64,000 bases of DNA from Tubiluchus corallicola (taxonomy: Eukaryota > Animalia > Priapulida): positions 62,001 to 126,000 of the forward strand of contig JAQGDQ010000078.1 of the NCBI GenBank assembly GCA_030141605.1, given 5' to 3'. The notes below the pieces were generated by a model. That model was not told where the DNA came from, did not search any database, and worked only from the letters and a program-made list of their open reading frames with translations. Positions within the stretch are counted from its first letter, which is position 1, and each line of letters opens with the position of its first letter. The position numbers and the translations under genes are program-made. Positions 14,176 through 26,600 of the stretch are shown here, piece by piece.

Positions 14176-15627
14176 TCTAATAACTATAGCAACAGTCAGT
14201 GCAATTGCACCTGTTACATTAAGTATGATGCTGAAATAATACTACTAATCACATAATTTTGTTATTTTATTGTGAGGTAGATTGGCTCCGCAAAACTCTA
14301 CGTAAATGTTATAATTGCTGTACCTTAAAGTCTAGGTCAAATGCTTTATAATTCTCGACAGCATAAAGTATCCAAAAAATTTTAAACCAAGGCTACCATA
14401 CAAGTTTTTGTTTGGTTAAGAAGCAATCTAGCAAAAGAAAGCAAGAAAGGATTCGCGCAAAAAAGAAATAGAAAAATTCAGCTCAAAATAGATACACGAG
14501 TGTATTCAAAACCTAATTGCAGGAATGCAGGGGATTTCCTATATGAATTCGCGTGAAGACCTACAAGATGTCAATAAAGGCAATTTGTTTGTGATTGTTT
14601 GTCACTGCATTTCAACAAAGACATCTCTGTGCATTTCATATGTCTTGACAAACATCATCCAAGAAATATAGCTAGCTAAGGTAGGCATGGTAGGTATACA
14701 GTATATAAAGCGAACTGAAAGTGCACATTAATGCCTGCCATACATATATTAGGCCAGTCAGCTTAGTTCTAAAACTGTAGGCCTAAATAAGTACCGTATC
14801 CAAAACTTACAGCAATAGAAAAATACTTATGACACCTTGCACTAATAATAAACAATATAGGTGTTCATTCTTAGAAAAGTACAAAAGGTAGAGCCCATTG
14901 ATTAAGCTTACCTGTTTGCTGCAAATTAGGTCCTACAAACAGGTCTATATAGCATGAGCACAAAAGTGAATAGTCACTTCAAAACTTTACCAAAATAATG
15001 TCAATTGTAGGCCTCAGTATTTGCACTAAAACAAGATGCCAAGTTAAAGAAAGTTTTTTGTGAGTGATTTCTTCAAAAGTAGCTACAAAGTTGTTCTTGT
15101 AGTCAAATATATGGATTGTAAGGTAAGTCTATGTGGACATCAGAAACCATGGACTTATTTTTTCTGTCATTTATCGATTTCCGATTATACACCACGTTTT
15201 GTTTTCTTCACATTTCATGCGACTGCTAATGGTGCAATTACATTGCTGCACCTGATTAACTTGCAGGACTAATTATCTTGCTGATTAATTTTCTTTGGGG
15301 TTCTGATGAATTTTTCTCACAGAGTTAAATTATCTGAATACTTGAGCAAAAACAGCCAACATCTTCAAATAGCTAAAGAAATATCCAACCGCACAATGTT
15401 GCTTTTGCAACTGTTGAGCACCTATTTTGTGCGCTAATGATATTGGTAAAAGAATTACATAATTTCACGTAGCAGCAAGACACAGTTTAGTTGGAACAAT
15501 AGGTTGCCATGTTGTATACGAATTGTCCTGCTGCAGCTTCTAGCAACACTGTGCAGACTGTGGATTGGTAAAATTGGCATTGCTATTTTTACTATGGTGA
15601 GCAATGGTGACCAAGCGATTGTTTTGT

Positions 15628-15644
15628 CTGCCATCTAGTGGCCA
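15628..15644 (-). promoter_or_regulatory. CTCF-binding motif
   Basis: Minus strand TGGCCACTAGATGGCAG, a near-perfect match to the CTCF core consensus. Confidence 0.65.
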
Positions 15645-16016
15645 GTTTAAAGCATTGCAATTGTGTAATTGCGCCTTATTTCATCACAGCAAGTACTCAA
15701 AACAATACCTATTTTTACAAAAATAAGTTATTACTTTTTAAAATCTTAATTACAATTTTTCTCTTTGAAGTTTTTTAATCTTACATGATAGTAAGTATGA
15801 ACTCACTCACATGTACGATAGCATAGTATCCATGGATGGTGCACAGAAAGCCTCCAAAAGCAAATCATATTTTCTGAAGAAACCTGCACTTTGACATGCT
15901 ACTGCCAGAACTAAAAGACGAGGGCGACCAGGCTTTATAATCAAGGCAAATACAGACATTACGGAGTTTCATGCAATGAATTATGAAAAAAAATAAGTAA
16001 CTGAAGGCTGACTTAC

Positions 16017-19000
16017 CTTCTCTTAGGGTTTTTAACCATTCATCTCTTTGTATCGATGAATTTGCAATGATGTATAAAATCAGATCTTGTGGGCCATCAC
16101 TGTATGCAATCTACATGAATAAAAAAATGAAAAGCTGCATTTTTTATAACCTATGCCAAATTAATATAAAATTTCAGCATGTAAACTATTTTAAATTAGT
16201 ACATAAAACTAAGAGAGCAGTGACAGAGCTCTGGTACATTTTCAAACACGAAAGCAAAGCCTATGTAAATACATATCACTCACTTTTTCATGCAAAAGTA
16301 TGATATAACTTTTTAAAGGAAAAAGGAATAATTGAGCAATTGTGGTGACCAAAGTTAAGCAACACCAAGCCTGTTGAGTTACACATAAATGTACAAACAG
16401 TAGCTACAACAATTCTTCTGGTTTAGTGTATTGTAGAAGATTATTCTTGATAATGAGGTAGGCTCATCTCCCAAGATGCATGTTCTTTTAGGGTTTGCTT
16501 CAAATCAGAAAAACACTTTGTTCAAAAACCATCCCCTCTGTTGTTCTTTATAGCATGAAAATTTTCTGCCCTATCCTACATTCTGCCCTATGTCAGGCTA
16601 TGAGATCATGTCTACTTCCTGAAGTAACATCATGTTGTACCAGTCTACAGCACTCATACTACTAACTTTGAACAGTAAAGCTTAAGTAAGATTACAGTAG
16701 ACTGATAATAGACACAGTGTTACCACAAAGCACTACATTACACTTAAATAAGTTCAATTTTGCAGGTAATTAACAGCCTAGTGTCAGTTTTAAGACGGGT
16801 ACAAACAAACATTTGTGTGTATATTCTATATAACTCATCAATGTTTATAACCCAGTGTCCATTAAATAATGAAAGTCAAATAAAGAATAACGTGCTTATA
16901 ATGGCTGGAGCAGAACAAATGTGCTAATGTTTAGACTACAATAACATTAGAAGCAGTGTTCTACAAAACTGAAATTTTGCAACATGATACTACAATACAT
17001 TAGCTTTTGGCTATGAAAGCTACAAGTTGACACTTTTAGTACTTTTTAAGTTATGGCTAAAAAACTTCTTCATGTTAAAAATTTAAATGCCTAAGCTAAT
17101 CGTCAACTGAAAAATAGTTACATCAGCATATTTAAAGCACTTTATGGCAGGAAGGCAATAAAGAAACCAACCTTTTTACATCATGGTCTATAGTACAGAA
17201 AACATAGTGATAAAACTTGTTTTTAAAAAAGAACTTAATCCTATGTACTACGGCATCTTGAATTTCCGTAGAAAGTATTTGATGGCCTCACAGAATTGTT
17301 CGATGAAGAGGGACAAAAGGCAAAAACTGTTGAGCACTAGGACTAAATACCCCTTAGGTCTCAAGAAAAACTGTGTCAATTATTGGAAGAAACGTCTTCG
17401 TCCAGTTTGAAGTGAAAATGATGAACACATAAATTACAACAATAGTGACACACAAAAAATTTATTCCTGCATTTGTGGTTTTGATTTGCTGATTTAAAAC
17501 CTTTTGAAAAACCTAAGGGAATGATCTAATATTTTTGATGTTTATACATAAGCGTCTGTAACATCAGCTTTCAATTATACTTTTTCCATTAGTATATTCT
17601 TGTAATATCGTGACCAAAACTTCAGCACATTTTTTGCGCCACCTGATAAATTGTAGTAAGGTTCCTGCTTACACTTAAATGTAAACAAGTAGCAATCAGG
17701 CAGTAACAGTCCAAAAATGACTAATTTTTGGTAAGTACAATTGTTCTATTAACTGAGTCAAAGAGATTTATAACTGTATCAGGGTTCAATCTGTAGTTTT
17801 CATTTAGGTTAACAATCAGTTGATGCAGATTAGATCAGTTGTTCAATTTCTGCCATTCAAAATAAAAAAATCCATCGCCTTCCTTAGTGAAACTATATAA
17901 CGAAGTGTGCATGATAAGATTAAGTTCCACTTTTTCTTATTTAATGAACAATGGGTTTTGAACAATGATGAATTACATAGAAGGAGAACACACTATGTTT
18001 GTACCCATGTTAAGACTGATACTAGTTGTTAATTACTTATAAAATTGAACTTATTCAGGTGTACAGTAGCATTTTGTAGTAAGATAGTTTCTATTATCAG
18101 TGTTACTATAATCTTACTTAAGCTTTACAGTGCAATGTTAATAATTTGAGTGCTGTATATGATAATATACATATTGATACACACCACACACACTGTGATG
18201 CATCACTACTTTGATCAAAGTTTTCACATTGGATCTTGAGAGAAAAACCAAATGGCTATAACCATTCCATTCAAGTCTATAGAAGTAAGCCACCACGGTG
18301 TTTCGTTTTCTTACCTGAAAAGTATACTTTTTGTTGAATGCAGTTTCATCAACATTTTCTAACACCTTAACTTCTTTAAGATCAATCCTTCCCTTTTCCT
18401 TGCCTTTGCGCTAGAAAAAAGAAATGTAAACTTCTAAGTTTAAGTGTATCATTCAACATGTTAGATGTAGTTGTCCACAGCACACGTTTCTCAAAATACG
18501 AATTGAAATTCTGTTGTGCTTTCAGACAATACCTTAAACTTTCAATACCAGATATAATTTCATTATCAAGGGAGTTCTGTAGTGTCATTAAAAAGTCGTG
18601 TTGGGAACCTCTGAAGGTCTGGAATAATAAATATGCATTGCGGGCAAACTGGACAAGCTTTACCAAACCTACTTTATGAAAAAGTGTAAGAGTTCTGCTG
18701 CTTACAATTACCATAGTACATAATTTAGTAAGTTAATTATACAGTCAGCTAGCATCTGACAATTGCATAATTTGTGGTTTACATTTAGTGATAAGTTCTA
18801 AAACACTGAAATTTCAGTTTCAATTTTTTTTACATTGTTACAGATGATGAAAGGCTACAGCTATGTAAAAAACTGTATGCACTGCTGCTTGTGTCATAGA
18901 AACATGTAAGTGTGATGCAAAATACAAAGCAGCAAAATTCACAACCAGTATACAAGTACGTTTTTAGTTATTTTATCATTTGCACATGAGTTAAAAACAA

Positions 19001-19744
19001 AAGTGAATAAAGATAGCCTATCTAAGTTCTGGAAGAATTTCTATAATACCAGGAAGCTATTTTCAACAGTAGTTGCGCTGTATACAGAGAGTAGTCAGCA
19101 AAAACCTAGGTAAATAGTTTAACCCCTTCATTCCCATTAGCAATAAAATAAATAAAAACAAATCAGACTCCTTTTAGTGAATTATCATCCTCATCATCAT
19201 CTTCCCTTTAATAAAAAATGTTTTGCACAACTAGGCTACAAGTAGTCAATTAAGTCATTTAAAACTAGCCTACTTCAAAGTGAATACATAAACATAACAT
19301 TTTGTTGACCAATGCAAAATTATTATTGCAATAAGGAAACATCACACAAGTGATATCATCCAAGAACTATGCTATAATGACAACATTACAGTATACTAGT
19401 ATAAAGCTATAAATAAATTAATAGACACACCATATTTTCCGAAAAAGAACACTACCTTGAGGTACTTTTCTAATTTTTAAGGTTTAAGCTGAAAAGTTCT
19501 CTATTACTAACATAAGAAAAACAACATTATACACAATAATAAAAGTTGCTGTGTGAGGGGCTATTAATCATTATTTCTAATACTTATTCTTTAGTACCTC
19601 AATGGTCCCTTCAAAATACGTGAGATAATTTGATGTTAGCTCAAACCACCGATTTTTGTAATTCTTTGGTTTTAATTTGTGACGGCCCTGAGATCGTTTT
19701 GTCATATAGCTGCACTTCAACACCTTGGCTTCCATGACTGGCAT
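16017..19744 (-). CDS. Tec/Btk-family tyrosine kinase, 5' part only (N-terminal PH domain, 3 coding exons)
   Basis: Exons 19598-19744 (MPVMEAKVLKCSYMTKRSQGRHKLKPKNYKNRWFELTSNYLTYFEGTIE), 18315-18410 (RKGKEKGRIDLKEVKVLENVDETAFNKKYTFQ) and 16017-16110 (IAYSDGPQDLILYIIANSSIQRDEWLKTLRE), all with GT-AG sites and in phase. Motifs KRSQ..K..P.NYK.R.F.LT..L.Y, KG.ID and W...L match BTK/TEC PH domains. The N-terminal position favours Tec family over GAP1-family PH. No TH/SH3/SH2/kinase exons recognised in 1-16000. Confidence 0.85.
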
Positions 19745-21404
19745 ACCTGAACACAAATTATATCAATTACTTTTTAGAGCAAACAGGATCTCAGATTGGT
19801 CATTGGTCACCTGGCAGCATTGCGAAATATCAGCTGAGTTTAAAAACAGTTGTAGTATGGAATAACTTAGTTGTACAACCACCTTAAATCTTGACAAAAA
19901 TCTAAAGCCTTCTAGACACCAGTTTAAAAATTTGCAGAAAATCATAAAGCAATCATCAACAGTAAAATTTAGAAATGTAGAGAAGGCTCTGAAAAATTGT
20001 AGGTCGCCCAAGATTCCCAATCCAGTGCACGTACAGTCTATAATCGTTAATAAGACTGATCCAAAAAATTCTTCTGCACTAGTTTAGCACTATCTATATC
20101 ACTTTCAATTTGACATTATCAAATGCCAGTTGGAATTTTTGTAGCAAAAATCTTCACTGCTAAATGTACACAGTTGTCAATGTTTGCTCCTGTATAAATA
20201 TAAAAAAACATTCCAGGCCTTTACATCACATCACAACTATGTTGACAGTGAGCAACTTCAGCATAATGAAATAGTTTGGTTTTTAGATCACTCAAGGTGT
20301 TTTTACATTTTGCAGTCTTATCACATTGCAGTCATACTTTTTGATAAGCTTTAAAGTACGTTGAAAAATGCCTGTAAAAAGTATTAATCACATTTAGGCT
20401 CAATCATTGGTGGAATTGTTTTGTACTGGTAGTTGATACTAAGACTAAAATTTATTACTTTTCATACACACTACTTACTCATCAGACGACTATAAGTGAC
20501 TAAACAAGCTCAAAGCTCAGTACGTATTCTGCAGTCAATAGGAAGACTAATAGTATTAAACAGGGTAACTAACAGCACAGGAGATTCAAACATTGTGACA
20601 GTCAATGATCATGGCGTCTCCCACAGTGTCCACTTCAGTGCAACAATCAACTCACGGACTGCTTCTCATCTGTTTGTAACCTGCTGCATTTCTCGGTTTT
20701 CTCATTTTAGACCGTTAGTATATTTTCAAGGTTTTCAAAATAAATTAATCATCAAAAATGCAAACTACAAAAACCTGCAACCACCATTGTACCAGGCGTT
20801 ACCAGCCAACAAACGATCATTTGCAACTGTAGATTCGATCATTAATCAAAATATAGGCGAAAGCATGCGGCGCCATCCGGGGGAAGAAAACTTATTATAT
20901 TTTTATTATCATTTTTGATTCTGCGAAGACATCTAAACTAAAGCTACTATAAGCTTCGTGCAAAATGTCATAAACGATTCTCAAAATCGTTCTTTCTTAA
21001 AAATTAAAAAGCAGTAAGATGACAGAGATGGTCACATCACATTCAGTCTTGCGGAAAAACGTAAACTTTGGAATGTTGCCCGATTTATAATTATACCACC
21101 ATAGAACGTGAAATTTGGCAGGCACGTTTGTGAAAAATATTTAATTCTGAACAAGGGTCCTGGAAGTTATAAAGTAAGTACCATCATAAGACAGCTCTCA
21201 TGAGATAGAAGAACAAAACGTCAAAATGCATTTCAAGTCTCAAAAAAGAACCTTTGCTTTAGTTTTCACCAGTAGCTTCACCATCAGCTGAACAAAGGAA
21301 TATAATACAAAAATAGTCATAGAAACAATACGCGTAGCGTAATTTTCTAGATAAACTACCGTTATAATAAACTCTGGCATGACTTTTTATTTTTGAATTA
21401 TAAA

Positions 21405-21614
21405 ACACAGAACAGAGCTACAAAACGATCGTCTGCTCTCATCCCCCGCCATCGAATGGCGGAAACTACTTTATCGTAATTTTTTCTCGGGGAAATTTAT
21501 TTGTGTTTTCGAATTAAGAAAAAACAGAACATACAAAACGATCGTCTGCTCTCATGCCACCGCCATCTAATGGTGGAAACTATTTTAGCGTAATATTTTT
21601 TCGGGAAATTTATT
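21405..21614 (+). repeat. Two-copy tandem repeat (~115-120 bp) with internal hairpin
   Basis: tacaaaacgatcgtctgctctcat..ccgccatc.aatgg.ggaaacta.ttta.cgtaat..tcggg.aaatttatt twice. Confidence 0.9.
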
Positions 21615-22263
21615 TCCACGACAGTACCTTGTAAATACAAAAAACTAAAAAATTAAAAATACGGGTATACTATATATATATGCAATATCATTAAGATACA
21701 AAACTAATAAAGAAACAGAATTAAAACACTGAAATTACTAATAACAAGAAAGAAGAAAGCTATAATAAAATAACCAGACTAACGGTACAAACGTTCTTGG
21801 AATGAACTTCAAGTAAGATCTTCAAAGATTATATAAACATAATTTATATTTAAGCTGTTAATACTTATACTAATTTAATTTAGCCTTTTTATAGTTTTGT
21901 AGAATGTAATGGTTTGCCACTACTTACCTTTCAATTTATTAATTATAATTAGACTATGATGTAGTAAGTACTAATAGCAAGGTAACAGGTAGAAATTATA
22001 CATTCAGGCTATACTCGCATACTCATTTTTAAATTTTCTGTGTTGTGGGTTCAGTTGTCTAAGACTTATAGATTAGTTAGAACTACTACTGTTTGCATTA
22101 CGCTTTTACAGCATTTAAAAACATGTGCATCACTTTTAAAGCACAAGAAAACCCATCATAAACATAAGGCTTAACAAATTCGTCTTGAAATGTTATATCA
22201 CTTACATACTGCCTATTTTACGTACAGGACTTCAATTGGCAGTAACATTGTATAAAACATGTA

Positions 22264-22506
22264 AATTTAAGCTCCCACGATAACGGTTAACCGCAGCCAT
22301 TTTGAAGACAGGACATTAGAAACACGTTCAGATAACATCGTGTGAAGTTTGAAAAAATAACCAGAGCATTCGTAGCACACATGCTAATTTTAAGCTCCCA
22401 CGATGACCGTTAACCGCAGCCATTTTGAAGACAGGACATTAGAAACACGTTCAGATAACATTGTGTGAAGTTTGAAAAAATAACCAGAGCATTCGTAGCA
22501 CACATG
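22264..22506 (+). repeat. Near-perfect 123-bp tandem duplication
   Basis: aagctcccacgat...gttaaccgcagccattttgaagacaggacattagaaacacgttcagataacat.gtgtgaagtttgaaaaaataaccagagcattcgtagcacacatg twice. Confidence 0.95.
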
Positions 22507-22572
22507 GTAAATCGAGTAAAATTTAAATTACTGTATTTTGTCAATAAGATTAAAGACACGTTTTTGGTTAGT

Positions 22573-22790
22573 GAGCCCCCTGGAGGATGAGTCAGCGTCA
22601 TTTTACCAATTGGTGAAAACATTTTAATTTATTCAAAATTTTCTTTTCAACTTGCATAAGTCTTTCCAGCGGCTAAGCAAAATACAAACTTTTGGGACAC
22701 AACTTAACATTACCTTTTCTTCCCCTGATTTACGTTTGCGTAGTGACGTCATGTAATGGCGACTTCGGAACAGTATTGCGGGAGATTTAA
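22573..22790 (-). promoter_or_regulatory. Candidate promoter/insulator upstream of the Tec-like gene
   Basis: CTCF-like TCCTCCAGGGGGCTC (minus, 22573-22587) abutting AP-1 TGAGTCA (22588-22594); full CRE TGACGTCA (22744-22751); YY1-like ATGGCG; minus-strand donor AAG|GTAATG at 22714; local CpG enrichment. Confidence 0.45.
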
Positions 22791-23645
22791 AATGAAGACA
22801 AACGAAAATTCCTTTCAATGCGAGTACGATATATAAGCAAAATTGCTATAAAATAATGTAATTTTTCAAGACGATTTTTCTTAACCTACGACACCCTACA
22901 CGTGCCGATAAGCAACAACATTAGCCCTTTTTCTCGGCTGTATGTATAGTAATTAAGTCAGCTATGATGCTCTCTGAACAAAGCAATTTTGTTGCAGCTT
23001 GAAATTTTGTTAAAATGTTTTGTTAAGGTCGGATTAGTAATTAATAATTAACAGTCATTGAACTCTAGAAGAATTGTGCGCCCTCTCACCCTTGCACCTG
23101 TGGGTGACTGCCCCTGTCAAGCCCACCTTGCTACACCTCTGTTCAGCAGCAAGCTAAACTTTGGTATTCACGGTGGTAAATGGAATGCAGAATTAAAATA
23201 TTTTCATCACATTTATTTACTGTTTTCTAGCAATTATAATTTTTTTTGAAAAAACCTTTAAATTCTTTAATGTTTTATAAGGAAATAACACTGGAAAAAA
23301 AGGTGTGCATTATACTATTTTGTAAGTCTATTATTATTAGATTTGATGCCTACTACAAAAAATAGTTTTTCAGAAAAATTCTAATTTGATATAAAAAAAT
23401 AAAATAAAGAAATCAAAATTTCTTGCCTGAATTCACCATTGTTTTAAGAACAATACAGAAAGTTGAATAGATTAAGTTTGAACTGAAACATACTACACAG
23501 GAGATGAATTTAATTAAAATTAGCAATTAATATCTAAATAAATTGGTGAACAAAAGCGAGTACATTACTGAATAAGTACACATATTTAACAGAGATTAAG
23601 AATTATTTACAACACAATTATTTTACATCATCATGAAAGAACTCG

Positions 23646-26600
23646 CTAAGCATCTCCTGAAGATTGTTTGTAGTAAGCCAATTCTGAGAATAGCTCTTGA
23701 TGTTTGTCAGCTAGATAACTATAACAAAAGAAAAATTGTTTTACTCGAATTATTATAAAACTAGATTCATGAGAATCAATACAATGTTTTCTAGTTAATA
23801 TCAAAATGTAAGGTTCACATATAATTTATTTTAATTTAAATTATATATATAGTAGCAAGTTACCATTTCCATGCATAATGTACATCAGCTAGTTAATGTG
23901 TAAACGTAAGCTTTGTATGAATTAGCTTATGATGGTTATGAATAGAAATTGTAACTTACTGTATATAAATAAAGTTTCAGATACGATGTAAGTGAGAATT
24001 TCCATTGAATTTTTGATTTGATTCAAAGTGCTAAATGACCAAATCCTTGTTTACAGAATTTTTGAAACAGATGAAAAATGAAGGTAATATGTAAAGGTGA
24101 AGGTCATCAGTCAGCCTAGATTATTTGAGCCATGAAATCAGAATCCAAAGATTTAAATCCTGACTTATTTCAGAATTTTTCAAATTTTCTTCCCTTCAGT
24201 CAAGTTCAGTTCCAAAAAATCAATAACTGCAGGTTCATTTCGCAATTATTGAATAATCTTAAAATTCAAATCATGCATTATTAATAAATCTGTCATATTT
24301 ATATTTTGTGTTTCCAGGTAACCTGCAAATACTGACACACCAAGACTCAGGTGCTGTATATACTATCTTCACTTACTCCACGCAAAATCACTTACTTCAC
24401 AAACATTTCTAGATGAATCGAAAGAGCTCTTTTCTTCTGTTCTCTCATTTTTATTCTTCCCAGAATCTCAGGAAACTTCACTAAAATTGCAAAAAAACAG
24501 GCACAAATGATGACAAATAATCATAACAACAATACTAACGACAATGACAACAACGGCACCAGCAGAACAACAATAATAACAAAATCCTTACAGTTATAGC
24601 TTCTTAAAAGTATTTTCAGTTCATCTTGCATTTGCCACAATTATGTATTAACACTTTCTGTACACTAGTTGCACAAGCACACTGTGTCAATAATCATGTG
24701 AACGCTAGTACACAACTGTCACATGTCCTCTCATCGTACTATAGGCAATTTTCACAATATGTACTATTTAACTCAGGGGTCCCCAAACTTTTTAGGCAAT
24801 TGACCCCTTCAGGGGAATCCTTGATTTCTCATCAACCCCAAGGCATGTACAAAAAAATAAATATTAATACATAATAATTAAGTAGATATGCAATTTCAAC
24901 AAACATTAGTGATGGGAACTGCATACCAAACCCTGCTTTCCATATCCATAACCAAACTGCATACCAAGCCCTATGAAACTGTATTCCCTCGCCCCAACAA
25001 ATCTCTCTCGTGAAATATAGGAAAAAAAGGAAAAACTGTTATTGTGGAAATCATAAACAATGTACAAAATATTGAATATAAGGCTTAAGTTCAACATAAA
25101 AGTGTTCAAACTTATTGAAATACATACAAGCACATCATAATAAATGAATATGTCGCCCGAAACACTGGCGTCAAAATGTGACCCCCTGAGCATAGATCAA
25201 TTACTTGGGTAGGCCCTCTGACTATTTTGGAGACCCCTGATTTCATTTGTATTAAATTAAGTGCAGACATGATGCCTCATTTCCAGAATATTGTGGCTGT
25301 TGGCAAAAAACAAAGGTAACAGATAACAAAAACTACAAGTGATACATACCAAATAACCTTAACAGATGATGTGCTCCATATACAAGAGATGGCATACATG
25401 TGCGAGACTTACAACAAAGATCATATGGAACTAGTTTCCATGACAACACACTATTTAGCATCTTTTTCGTTAAAGGTAAACCCGAATTTTCTTGTGGAAA
25501 AATTGCGGAAACAGGATCAGAATTGCCAGCAACAGAAACACTGTTTCGTGATTCTGAAACATTCCATAAAAAACACAATTATAAGTAAGATAGCACCATC
25601 ATGATGCATATAAGACTGGCAATAATAATAAACAAGATAAACATTTAGGAGGATTTTTTGGAGTGAACAATGTGCAAAGCTACTGCAGTGTAAAATATTA
25701 GCTAAAATTTGTTATTTGCTATTGCTTGCACAGGAATAAAGTTATTAATGTTTTTATAGAATATAACCTAGAAATCATATTAGAAAAAATCTAAAACTGC
25801 TACAAAAAACATTCACCTAACTTAAATTGTTGTATATTTTGGTACATTGATAACTTAAAGTTGACAGCTTCTGATCAAGAACAGTTGGCGTCAAAATCTT
25901 AAATAACTACAAAGAGTGGTGCAAGTGCTAAGCGATGACTGAGAGAACATGTTGGTTACGAAAACATGTTGCATTATTTATGCGATATTAAAATTAATTC
26001 ATGTGAAATGACAACTGAAGCAATAGCTAGAGATTGCTATACTTCATTGCACATTGTTATAATAATTACTAAGTTCACAAAAATTAAAACTCACATAAAC
26101 AGAAGAGCTTTCGAAAATAATGAAACAAGCTTCGTGTATCAAACTATACACACCTGTGTCTAGCGTAGCTGGTCTAGAAATGGAGGGAGAAGTGGGACTC
26201 TCAACATGAGTCTTTCGGGGTGACTGAGTAACAGATGAATGTTTCATTCTCTTTTTTGTTTCCTGTATAGGGTGTGCATTTGGTGTGGGAGAACCAGATT
26301 TACTAGGTAAATCATTCTACAAAAAACAAATTTACAATAGATTTACACGTGGATGAGTGCCATCTCAATAACAGAACTACCACGACAGCTATAGTTGAAA
26401 ACTTTTCACAAATGTACTGTTAGACATAGTTTCTGGAGCCAAAAGACACAAATGAAAATTTGCTTTTAAACAAATGTCGTGTTAGACATAGTTACTTAGT
26501 CAAATGACAAAAATGAAAATTTGCTTTTCACAAATGTTGTGTTAGACATAGTTACTTGACTCAAATGACAAAAATGAAAATTTTAAGTGCGGAAACTGAG

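Noticed and set aside
16346-16382. 5S rRNA-like segment (AAGTTAAGCAACACCAAGCCTG)
   Set aside because: Too short and degenerate for a gene; at most a decayed 5S-derived SINE head.
20496-20918. 140-aa + strand ORF
   Set aside because: GTG start, no recognisable domain, antisense to the likely Tec 5' region.
26403-26583. CRISPR-like array
   Set aside because: No unique spacers; an ordinary minisatellite in a eukaryotic intron.
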